DNA of 64,000 bases from the NCBI GenBank assembly GCA_905234185.1, contig CAJOGC010000002.1:103949-167948 (forward strand). The letters run 5' to 3'. The notes under the pieces are model-generated. The model searched no databases, was not told where the DNA came from, and was given only the letters and a program-made list of their open reading frames with translations. Below are positions 27,131-35,276 of the stretch, in pieces. Numbering within the stretch: the first letter of the stretch is position 1; every line of letters starts with the position of its first letter. Both the position numbers and the translations under genes were made by a program. This DNA comes from an uncultured Alphaproteobacteria bacterium. Its GTDB lineage: Bacteria; Pseudomonadota; Alphaproteobacteria; Rs-D84.

Positions 27131-27176
27131 TTACTTTTTCAATTTATCGGTTATTTTATTACGCAGGATTCCCCAT
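27131..27176 (-). repeat. relic copy of the 3' end of the RND pump gene
   Basis: The minus strand reads ATGGGGAATCCTGCGTAATAAAATAACCGATAAATTGAAAAAGTAA. The true RND 3' end (27750..27712) reads ATGGAAAACCTGCGTAATAAAATAACAGGAAAGAAATAA, with an identical 18-nt core. Confidence 0.65.
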
Positions 27177-27251
27177 ACTGTTTGATAGATCTTGTGTAAG
27201 AGTATATGATGAATAACCCCATAAAAAATACCAGCATTTGCCGGTATTTTT

Positions 27252-27710
27252 TTATTTTTGTAATTCACGGCGGATGGCCATCAGGGTTTTTCCGATTCTG
27301 TTTTCGCCACTGCCGATTCCAAACCCACATTTATAGCAAACTGGGCATGCTTTTATCAAAATCGCATCGCCGGTACTTTTTAACAATTCTGCCGCGTCTG
27401 CATTTTGTTGAAACTTTGCATGCAATGCGTTTTCCATAATTTCAAATTTACGTTTATCAAAGTCCGCGCGACGATTGACTTTATATTCCGGTGTTTTTGT
27501 TATCAGACGGGCATCATCGGCATTTTTCATATTCAAAATCACATCAAAACGCGGGTCCGATGCGTAAAACTTCATTGCCTGGTAATAATGTTCCGCGGAC
27601 GGAAATACAAAATCGCGTCCATCAACATTCATTTTTATTGGGAACGATGCCAACGGTGATAAAAACCAGTATTCGCCCACTGGCGCACAAAATCGTATTT
27701 CCGTTGCCAT
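27252..27710 (-). CDS. NADAR (DUF1768/YbiA-like) family protein
   Basis: YWFLSPLASFP...FPSAEHYYQAMKF...KFEIMENALHAKFQQN...LLKSTGDAILI...GFGIGSGENRIGKTLMAIR fits the NADAR pattern. It starts 1 nt after the RND stop. Confidence 0.8.
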   Translation of the reverse strand: MATEIRFCAPVGEYWFLSPLASFPIKMNVDGRDFVFPSAEHYYQAMKFYASDPRFDVILNMKNADDARLITKTPEYKVNRRADFDKRKFEIMENALHAKFQQNADAAELLKSTGDAILIKACPVCYKCGFGIGSGENRIGKTLMAIRRELQK

Positions 27711-27711
27711 A

Positions 27712-30700
27712 TTATTTCTTTCCTGTTATTTTATTACGCAGGTTTTCCATCACCACGAATAATGCCGGGGTTAATGTAAATGTCCAAACCATGGATGCCA
27801 ACATACCGCCAATCAAAACCGCCGCCATTGCGATTTTCATATCGTCACCACCGAACAACTGGGGTGCCATACCGGCCGCGACAGCGATTGATGTCATCAA
27901 AACCATATTCTTGCGTCCGGTTAATTCGGTCCACAGTGCTTCGGCAACCGACGCACCGGCACGAATACGATTAATCGCCGGTTCCAACACCAAAATACTG
28001 TTATTAACCACTAAACCCACCAACATAACAAACGCCAACATAGCCCCAACATTCATTGATGCGCCCGAAATAAACAACATTAAAAACACACCCGCAAAAC
28101 TGGTTATAATTGCCGTTGAAATGGTTAACGGATGAATCAGCGAATTTAAAATCGCCGCCAATAACATAAATGTTAATAGCGCAGCAAGTAAGAATGCCTG
28201 GCCTATTTCACTGGTCGAATCGCTTTGGGTTTCCGACATCCCGCCAAATTCATATGTGTACCCCGGTTGCCAATCCATATTTTTCAATACTTTTTCAATT
28301 TTTGCCTGGACCGGTCCCAAAGTGGATTTGCCAAGGTTAATATCGATTTCGGTAATTCTGTTTTTATCCAAACGACGAATATCCGGTGTTGCGGGTGCTA
28401 TTTCACGACGCCCCAGTTGCGACAGTGCAACCATACCTTTGTTTGAATTAACGTATACAACATCAAATAAATTTTGTGTTTTAAACGGTTTTGCAAATTC
28501 CAAAATTATCGGATATTCGTTCCCGTGTTCTTTATACTTATATGTATCATTTCCATACAGCGCATAACGCAACACGGTTCCTGCATACGAATTTTTTACG
28601 CCCCAAAAGTCCATTTTATCGGCATCGGGTATAAAACGAACCTCGTTTGCGGGTTTCTGTTGCGCAAGTACCGCCGATTGAATTTCCTCTATTTTATTTA
28701 TTTCCGCAATGATTTGATTTGCATAGTCTTCACGAATGTCATCGTTTTCACCATAGACATTTAATACAATATCGCTGGATATACTGGACATAGACATACC
28801 CGCACGAATTTGTATTTCCGCATCAACAATATCTTTCAGCATTGGCAACATTTCCTGGGCCAATTTTTTATCGGATTTGAAACGTTTTGATTTATCAATT
28901 AATTCGACACGCATGGTTATGTTCTGCAGCCCTTGGTCGCCAATTTTTGCGGTTAATGATTTTACCTCTGGCAAATCGGATAACCGTTGTTCAATCGCAT
29001 TTGTGATTTCCAGCGACTTTTCATATGTCGCCCCCATTGGGGCACGCGCGGTAATTGTAATTTCATTTACATCAGTTGCCGGCGAAAATTCGTTTCCAAC
29101 AAATCGCATCAAAAATGTCGATGCAATCAATACTAAAAACGCAAGTCCAACAACACGTCCCGCGTGCGCCATTTGATATTCAAACCACCGGCGCAACCAT
29201 GACGATTTTCGTTCTGTCTTTTTAGCGGCCGCTTCTTTGCGTGCAATTTCGCGTTTGTTTTCATCGGTTAATCGCAGGAATTTTGCAATCATCATTGGGG
29301 TTAATGTAAAACTAAATATCAACGACAGTACGGTTAAATACACAACTGTCAAACCAAACTGAATCATAAATTTACCAACAATACCGCCCATAAATGCCAA
29401 CGGTAAAAACACCACAACATTCGTCCCAACCCCAGCCAGAACGGATACAGCAACATTTTTCGTACCGTCGATTGCGGCAGTTTCTGAATCTTTGCCGGCA
29501 CGCATTTCTTGCAATGCGGATTCAATCAAAATAATGGCGTTTGATACCAGTGTCCCCAATGCCGACGAATATGCCAACAATGTCATCGCATTGATTGTAA
29601 AACCACTGGCATACATAAATTCAAACCCCGCAAACAATGATGCCGGAATTACAACACCCGCGATAACGGTGGAACGCCAATTTCGCGTAAACGCCAACAA
29701 CACCAAAATTGTGAATACAACACCAAGAATAATTCCGTTAATCGTGTCGTTTGTATCGTTTAAAATCTCGGTCGAGGCATCGGAAATAATTTCCATCTCT
29801 GCATTTTCATTTGGGAAATGCACCGCAAAATCCGCATTTAATTCCGGCAATTTTTTACGCAGTGCACGGGAAATTTTGATCGCATTACCATCATTCGCTT
29901 TTTCCACAGAAGCAATAACCACATCTGTATTATTATAGCGCGCGCCCTTTTCAATATCGCGCGCCGCATCGGTGACGGATGCAACATCTGACAATCTGAA
30001 ACGGATGCCTTCGTTTGTCGTTATTGGCAAATCTGCGATTTCATCAACAGATGAAAATTCACCGATAAAGCGCACATTTTGTGATGTCGCGCTGTATTCG
30101 ATTTTACCACCCGGCACATTTAAATTTTTATTCCCCAGCGCCGTTAAAACATCCATTATCGTGACACCATGCGCCGCCAACAAATCAGGATCCATCGCGA
30201 CACGAATTGCACGTTCACGACCACCAAATGTAGAAACCTTGGCCACACCATCAATCGCGGTAATTTTGTTCGCCAAAACATCATCAATGTATTGATTAAT
30301 ATCCGTCGCCGATGGGCCACGCAAAACTATATCAACCACCGCCTGTTGCAATGGGTTCATTTTTTCCACAACCGGCTGTTTCAAGTCATCTGGAAATTCA
30401 GACGCCAAAGCGTCTATTTTCGTTTTAACTTCGGCTGCTTTATCATTTGCATCAACCCCCAGGTTGAATTCGGTCATGATATAACCGCCGTTTTCAAAAA
30501 TACGCGAAGTAATATGTTTTATACCCGGCACTTCGGATATGGCATCTTCGGCGCGTTTAATAACCTGGGACTCTATTTCATCACTTGACGCACCGGGATA
30601 CACAAATGTTGCCGTAACCATCGGAAAATCCAGCGACGGCGTACGTTCAATGTTCATTTTAGGATATGCAACCACCCCCAGCAACACCCAAACCAAAACG

Positions 30701-30744
30701 AACATCAATGTGGTAATCGGACGACGAACAAAGAACTTTAACAT
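27712..30744 (-). CDS. RND-family efflux transporter, inner-membrane pump (AcrB-like)
   Basis: At 1010 aa it has the 12-TM architecture with two large periplasmic loops and a typical N-terminus (FFVRRPITTLMFVLVWVLLG). Confidence 0.9.
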   Translation of the reverse strand: MLKFFVRRPITTLMFVLVWVLLGVVAYPKMNIERTPSLDFPMVTATFVYPGASSDEIESQVIKRAEDAISEVPGIKHITSRIFENGGYIMTEFNLGVDANDKAAEVKTKIDALASEFPDDLKQPVVEKMNPLQQAVVDIVLRGPSATDINQYIDDVLANKITAIDGVAKVSTFGGRERAIRVAMDPDLLAAHGVTIMDVLTALGNKNLNVPGGKIEYSATSQNVRFIGEFSSVDEIADLPITTNEGIRFRLSDVASVTDAARDIEKGARYNNTDVVIASVEKANDGNAIKISRALRKKLPELNADFAVHFPNENAEMEIISDASTEILNDTNDTINGIILGVVFTILVLLAFTRNWRSTVIAGVVIPASLFAGFEFMYASGFTINAMTLLAYSSALGTLVSNAIILIESALQEMRAGKDSETAAIDGTKNVAVSVLAGVGTNVVVFLPLAFMGGIVGKFMIQFGLTVVYLTVLSLIFSFTLTPMMIAKFLRLTDENKREIARKEAAAKKTERKSSWLRRWFEYQMAHAGRVVGLAFLVLIASTFLMRFVGNEFSPATDVNEITITARAPMGATYEKSLEITNAIEQRLSDLPEVKSLTAKIGDQGLQNITMRVELIDKSKRFKSDKKLAQEMLPMLKDIVDAEIQIRAGMSMSSISSDIVLNVYGENDDIREDYANQIIAEINKIEEIQSAVLAQQKPANEVRFIPDADKMDFWGVKNSYAGTVLRYALYGNDTYKYKEHGNEYPIILEFAKPFKTQNLFDVVYVNSNKGMVALSQLGRREIAPATPDIRRLDKNRITEIDINLGKSTLGPVQAKIEKVLKNMDWQPGYTYEFGGMSETQSDSTSEIGQAFLLAALLTFMLLAAILNSLIHPLTISTAIITSFAGVFLMLFISGASMNVGAMLAFVMLVGLVVNNSILVLEPAINRIRAGASVAEALWTELTGRKNMVLMTSIAVAAGMAPQLFGGDDMKIAMAAVLIGGMLASMVWTFTLTPALFVVMENLRNKITGKK

Positions 30745-30753
30745 TTTTTACCC

Positions 30754-31371
30754 TTACTTTATAACCCTTACTAAATCACCATCGGCAATGTGCGATGTAA
30801 TAATAATGTCACCATCGGACACACCCGTTATCATTGTGTGTTCACCATCGCCGCGCACAATATCAATTGAAACAGCATGCGCCACCCCATCGCGCACAAC
30901 GAACACTGTCCCATTTTTAACCGCATCCGTCGGAATATAAAAACCATTTTCGCGAATCTCGACAGTATGCGCGCCATTTGTTGCACCACGTGTACGCACA
31001 ATATGCATACCCGTATCCAGATCCAGCGATGTCGACACAGATACTACTTCGCCGCCACCTGTAATTTTTTGGCCTGGTTTAAACCGTGCGACACGCATGC
31101 CGGAAACATAGCCCCGATTATCATTCACAAATAATGGTTCGTAAATAATACCATCTGACTTTTGGGCGCTCATAACACTTACCGGCACACCATGCAGTTC
31201 CGAATCGCGTGCCATATTGAATACGGATTTATAATGCTCTACGCCGAACGCAACGAAGCGATATATTACCAATATTATAAACATCGCGCCACCAATCTGC
31301 ATCACGATATGATTACGACGATGCGAGTCCATATTCTTAATTTTTACTATTAACTTTTTCATATTATTCAC
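30754..31371 (-). CDS. short periplasmic adaptor (MFP)-like protein of the efflux operon
   Basis: It has an N-terminal TM anchor followed by beta-barrel and membrane-proximal-like sequence. It sits between the OMF and RND genes. At 205 aa it lacks room for the usual lipoyl and coiled-coil hairpin. Confidence 0.6.
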   Translation of the reverse strand: MNNMKKLIVKIKNMDSHRRNHIVMQIGGAMFIILVIYRFVAFGVEHYKSVFNMARDSELHGVPVSVMSAQKSDGIIYEPLFVNDNRGYVSGMRVARFKPGQKITGGGEVVSVSTSLDLDTGMHIVRTRGATNGAHTVEIRENGFYIPTDAVKNGTVFVVRDGVAHAVSIDIVRGDGEHTMITGVSDGDIIITSHIADGDLVRVIK

Positions 31372-32707
31372 CCAATTTTTTCACGGATTCTGCCGCCATT
31401 AAAATTTGATATTTAGAGTTAAGCAATGCTATATCTAATTGATACAGACCGGACGAAGCTTCGGCTAATTCAATAGCGGATGTTTGACCGGCGATAAAAC
31501 GTTGACGCGAAAAATCGTATGCACGCGCCGCCAAATCACGCGCATTTTGCAATGTTGTCAAATTACTGCGCAAATGGTCATATTGTAAAACAGCAGTATT
31601 ATATTTTTCGGTTGTGATTTTTTTCGACTTGTCTAAATCTTGGCGCACAGCTTCGGCATTCATGGCATCGACCGTGGCGTTTGCCCGATTCAGCCCACCG
31701 GAAAAAATCGGAACCTGTAATGCCAGCCCCCAATACGCCGACTGATTACCCTTTTTATCAAACAATTCACTGCTGGCATTTCCAATACTGGTATAACTGT
31801 ACGATGCGGTGGCCGCCAGTGTCGGCAACGCACCATCGCGTTTAGACCGCGCAGATTTTTCATACATACGAATTTGCTGATTCAGAATGTCCCATTCGGG
31901 GGTATTTGTTAATGGTTTTGCATTTAAATTCGCGAAATCTTTTGGGAATTCCGTGGTAAGATTTATTTCCGCATCCGCATCGATTCCCGCCAAAATTTTA
32001 AGCATACGATACGCCGTATCACGATTGAATTGCGCATTTGACAGTTGTATTTCTTTGGTTGCAATATCAGATTCAATTTTTACCAAGTTTCCACGACTGG
32101 CGCGCCCCGCCGATGCCAAATTACGACGCGCATCACGTGCAGACTTTAAGTCTTGTTCGGAAATTTTCACAATTTCATCGGTCATTTTCGCGGTCCAATA
32201 CAGGTCAACCGCGCTATATTTAACCTCTCGACGGACCAATTCGCGGTTTGTTTCGGACATTTTAACGGCACTGCGAACAGATTCAACCGCGTTACCAATT
32301 TTACCGAATGTATAAATAGGCTGTGTTAATGTTAAACCCGCCATTAAAATATTATCGGGCATTTCAATTTGTGTGACCGGACCTTCTGCCTGCATCAATT
32401 GTCCAACCAACCCGCCCAATTGTGGGGGCAATTGCATATTCATAGAACCACTGAACGGATGCGCAACATCAACAAGGTTCATGTATGTCGCCGACCCCTC
32501 TAATGTAAACCAACGATTGGCATTCGCAGCATCCAACGAAGCCTGGGCTTTCTTAATATTTGCGTCGGCCTTTTTAACATCTTGGGATTCCGCCAAAATT
32601 TTAGCAACCACATCGTCCAACGACAATTCTGTTGCAAGGACCGGCGTTCCGGTCATAGCCAACAATACGGCAAATAAAACATGCGTAAATTTTCGCATTT
32701 TATGCAA
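31364..32707 (-). CDS. TolC-like outer-membrane efflux protein
   Basis: It has a signal peptide and the duplicated OEP repeat architecture with coiled-coil-rich sequence. Confidence 0.85.
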   Translation of the reverse strand: MHKMRKFTHVLFAVLLAMTGTPVLATELSLDDVVAKILAESQDVKKADANIKKAQASLDAANANRWFTLEGSATYMNLVDVAHPFSGSMNMQLPPQLGGLVGQLMQAEGPVTQIEMPDNILMAGLTLTQPIYTFGKIGNAVESVRSAVKMSETNRELVRREVKYSAVDLYWTAKMTDEIVKISEQDLKSARDARRNLASAGRASRGNLVKIESDIATKEIQLSNAQFNRDTAYRMLKILAGIDADAEINLTTEFPKDFANLNAKPLTNTPEWDILNQQIRMYEKSARSKRDGALPTLAATASYSYTSIGNASSELFDKKGNQSAYWGLALQVPIFSGGLNRANATVDAMNAEAVRQDLDKSKKITTEKYNTAVLQYDHLRSNLTTLQNARDLAARAYDFSRQRFIAGQTSAIELAEASSGLYQLDIALLNSKYQILMAAESVKKLGE

Positions 32708-33143
32708 CCTCCATATTCGATAAAACCTTGTTGATTGTCGTCATGGCATCGGTTAATTTCTTTTCGTCTTCGCGGGAAAGTTTTGCGAAAACCGTGCTGA
32801 TATTATTCTCGAAATCGGCAATCATATTACGCGCAACATCGGCACCAGCGGGGGTGACGCTGTACCAAGTATTGCGGCGATCTTTTGCATCCACCTCGCG
32901 CAGGACCAAACCTTTGGCCTCCAGGTTTTTGAATGTTGCACACAAATTTGGTGTGGTTGTAAATTCGCGATATGCAATATCTTTCAACAGTGCGCGTCCC
33001 CCAAGGTAAAGCCGCACCAAAACACTCATTTGCGAACGCGTATATTCCATATTTTTTATCATTTTGGACTTCATACGGTCCATCAACCGATCCATTATCG
33101 TCATATTTTCTTCGATTAAACGAATAAATTCTTTGCGCGCCAT
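32700..33143 (-). CDS. MarR-family transcriptional regulator
   Basis: The start is moved to ATG 33143 (MARKEFIRL). The winged HTH is present (MSVLVRLYLGG...LKDIAY...NLEAKGLVLREVDAKDRRNTWYSVTPAG). Confidence 0.8.
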   Translation of the reverse strand: MARKEFIRLIEENMTIMDRLMDRMKSKMIKNMEYTRSQMSVLVRLYLGGRALLKDIAYREFTTTPNLCATFKNLEAKGLVLREVDAKDRRNTWYSVTPAGADVARNMIADFENNISTVFAKLSREDEKKLTDAMTTINKVLSNMEVA

Positions 33144-33274
33144 TTTATCCCCCTTTTTATCAAAAAACACCGGTAAATGATTTAAATCGCCAATCATTAT
33201 ATGTTTTAACAAAATTATTTCAAGCCCTATTTTTGAAAAAATTCGCATTTTTTGAGCCGGACGGAAAAATATTA

Positions 33275-33302
33275 TTGCAAAACGAACAAAGAATATTATA
33301 AT
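33275..33302 (+). promoter_or_regulatory. sigma70-like promoter upstream of the tRNA-Gln unit
   Basis: TTGCAA (33275..33280), a 16-nt spacer, then TATAAT (33297..33302). It lies 13 nt upstream of the 11-nt tRNA 5' fragment, not of the intact tRNA. Confidence 0.55.
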
Positions 33303-33314
33303 TTGCAATACCTT

Positions 33315-33400
33315 TGGGGTGTCGTTCCGTTTCCTCGGCTAACGCCTCGCCCGGAATGACAACGACTATGTCATGTGGATATAGTTCGTTCCAAGTTCAC
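33315..33400 (+). repeat. copy of tRNA-Gln nt 1-11 followed by PAL-C palindromic element
   Basis: TGGGGTGTCGT is identical to the first 11 nt of the tRNA. It is followed by TCCGTTTCCTCGGCTAACGCCTCGCCCGGAATGACAACGAC and 34 nt of spacer. Confidence 0.75.
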
Positions 33401-33474
33401 TGGGGTGTCGTCTAATGGTAGGACAAGAGATTTTGGTTCTCTTTATCATGGTTCGAATCCGTGCGCCCCAACCA
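33401..33474 (+). tRNA. tRNA-Gln (anticodon TTG)
   Basis: Manual cloverleaf: acceptor TGGGGTG/CGCCCCA, D arm GTCT-AATGGTA-GGAC, anticodon arm AGAGA-TTTTGGT-TCTCT, T arm CATGG-TTCGAAT-CCGTG, and an encoded ACCA. Confidence 0.9.
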
Positions 33475-33697
33475 AAAATTCAACCGGCATTTTTGCCGGT
33501 TTAATTTTTGATCGCGCACGGATCGGTCAGAGTGCCAACGGCACGCATGACCAATACGAGAATACACAATTAGAAAAATCTTAAAAAATCGACGGATGGA
33601 GATTTTTTTGATTTTGATTATTGCGTATCGAGGCAGCGGCGCCCCAACCAAAAATTAAAACCGCCCATCTGGGCGGTTTATTTTATTGTGTCGACAA

Positions 33698-34261
33698 TTA
33701 TAACCATTCACCTGCCCAGGTTTTCAATTCTTCGACGGGTACATGAATATCGAAGCGAGCACCATTCACAACATTGGCATTCGGTATAATTTCATGAATA
33801 CTTGTTGCGGCTTCGTCGGTTGTTGGGGTGCTGCCCGATGTTGCGAACGGAACAATCGTTTTACCTGTGAAATCATAACTTTCCACGAATGTATCGATTA
33901 TGGACGGTTCACGACCCCACCAAATTGGAAAGCCCAGGAATATAACATCGTATTGTTCAATATTATCGATTGTGTTTGCGATTGCGGGACGGCTGCCGCG
34001 ATCAGCCATTTCAACAGATGCACGGCTTTCTTTGTTGCGATAATCCAAATCTGCTTCTGTATATACTGTTTCTGGTTCAATCGCGAACACATCGGCATTA
34101 ATCGCGTTTGCTAAACGGTCGGCAACCGCCGCGGTATTGCCAGTCGCACTGAAATACGCAACCAGTACTTTATTTTGTGTCGCGTTTGATTTTCCCGAAA
34201 ACACCCAGATTATCGCAAAAATCGCCACAACCGCCGATACTATATATAAAAGTTTTTTCAT
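33698..34261 (-). CDS. flavodoxin-family protein with N-terminal hydrophobic anchor/signal
   Basis: VLVAYFSATGNTAAVADRLA is the FMN-binding loop, and ...IFLGFPIWWG... is also present. The N-terminus is MKKLLYIVSAVVAIFAIIWVF. Confidence 0.8.
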   Translation of the reverse strand: MKKLLYIVSAVVAIFAIIWVFSGKSNATQNKVLVAYFSATGNTAAVADRLANAINADVFAIEPETVYTEADLDYRNKESRASVEMADRGSRPAIANTIDNIEQYDVIFLGFPIWWGREPSIIDTFVESYDFTGKTIVPFATSGSTPTTDEAATSIHEIIPNANVVNGARFDIHVPVEELKTWAGEWL

Positions 34262-34329
34262 TGTTTCTCCTTTTGTTTTTGTTCAATTTGTTTATAGCAA
34301 ATAAATCATAACCCATACAAGAAAAAACA

Positions 34330-34358
34330 TTGCAACCAGTAATAATTATGTCTAGAAT
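34330..34358 (+). promoter_or_regulatory. sigma70-like promoter upstream of the tRNA-Glu unit
   Basis: TTGCAA (34330..34335), a 17-nt spacer, then TAGAAT (34353..34358). The first 11-nt tRNA fragment begins 11 nt downstream. Confidence 0.55.
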
Positions 34359-34368
34359 ATTGCCACAC

Positions 34369-34498
34369 GGTCCCATCGTTCCGTTCCCTCGCTCCGCTCG
34401 CCCGGAATGACAACGACGACGGGACGATAGACGGTCCCATCGTTCCGTTCCCTCGCTCCGCTCGCCCGGAATGACAACGACGACGGGACGACATAGAC
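34369..34498 (+). repeat. tandem 64/66-bp units: tRNA-Glu nt 1-11 + PAL-C palindromic element, x2
   Basis: Each unit is GGTCCCATCGT + TCCGTTCCCTCGCTCCGCTCGCCCGGAATGACAACGACGACGGGACG(A/ACA)TAGAC, at 34369..34432 and 34433..34498. The intact tRNA follows directly. Confidence 0.85.
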
Positions 34499-34573
34499 GG
34501 TCCCATCGTCTAGCGGTTAGGACATCGGATTCTCATTCCGGTAACATGGGTTCGATTCCCATTGGGACTGCCA
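34499..34573 (+). tRNA. tRNA-Glu (anticodon CTC)
   Basis: Manual cloverleaf: acceptor GGTCCCA/TGGGACT (G1-U72 wobble), D arm GTCT-AGCGGTTA-GGAC, anticodon arm TCGGA-TTCTCAT-TCCGG, T arm ATGGG-TTCGATT-CCCAT, and an encoded GCCA. Confidence 0.9.
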
Positions 34574-34664
34574 AATTTTGTTATTATGCACAATTAAGAA
34601 ATTTGAATATCATATTTTTGTAATGTAATTTTTATAAAAAACACCGGTAAAAGCCGGCGTTTTT

Positions 34665-35228
34665 TTACCTTTTTGGCGTTACAAAATAAATATCCGCTAC
34701 ACGTGGCGGGATTTCGATATTTTTTGAATCATAAATATACTTTTCCCCGGCTTTTTTTATCGCTATTTCACCAATACCGACTCCGGTTTCATTTTTACCA
34801 CGACTATCGTTTTGATGTGGATAACGCGTACTGTCAATAACACGCATTTGAAAACTATCCATATCACAACGCATAATTTTATCAACAAACATACAGTGCC
34901 CATTACCATCGGGAAACACCACAACTAAAATACAATTTTCTGTGGGTTGATTGGTGAATTGCCAATACTTAAAATCATCTGCGTGTTCATGTATAAACGC
35001 AAAGTCTTTACAAAACAGGCGATTTATCTTTATAAAATTATGTTTTCGCAGAAACGCACGCACTTCGACCAATGCGCGTTTATACCCCGATTGTTCAAGA
35101 CACCAATAAACAAAACCACTGCAATCCATATAAAAAAATCGTCGATCATCAATCAAATCTATTCGATTATCATGACTGTATTCAGATTGAAAATCATTGG
35201 TCAAAAATTTTTTGATAAAATCGTTCAT
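34665..35228 (-). CDS. NlpC/P60-like cysteine peptidase-fold protein without signal peptide
   Basis: A catalytic-type block (FYMDCSGFVYWCLEQSG) and a later His block (GNGHCMFV) are present. The start is moved to ATG 35228 (MNDFIKKF) because the track N-terminus translates the flanking terminator hairpin. Confidence 0.6.
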   Translation of the reverse strand: MNDFIKKFLTNDFQSEYSHDNRIDLIDDRRFFYMDCSGFVYWCLEQSGYKRALVEVRAFLRKHNFIKINRLFCKDFAFIHEHADDFKYWQFTNQPTENCILVVVFPDGNGHCMFVDKIMRCDMDSFQMRVIDSTRYPHQNDSRGKNETGVGIGEIAIKKAGEKYIYDSKNIEIPPRVADIYFVTPKR

Positions 35229-35276
35229 TTTATATTCCCAAAAAAACACCGGTAAAAGCCGGCGTTTTTTCATTTA

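Noticed and set aside
30754-31371. Calling the 205-aa adaptor-like gene a pseudogene because it is much shorter than typical MFPs.
   Set aside because: The ORF is intact and overlaps the TolC-like gene's 3' end (its ATG lies 8 nt upstream of the TolC stop). It ends 9 nt before the pump gene, and no frameshifted remnants of the missing domains are visible. It is kept as a short but probably functional gene.
33375-33651. ORFs 33375..33584(+) and 33412..33651(-).
   Set aside because: They overlap the tRNA-Gln gene and its terminator or att-like scar, so they are not credible coding sequences.
34369-34498. Whether the tandem repeats upstream of tRNA-Glu could be a mini CRISPR array.
   Set aside because: There are only two directly abutting units with no unique spacers. 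Each unit contains a tRNA 5' fragment and a palindromic element also seen at tRNA-Gln. There are no cas genes in the window.
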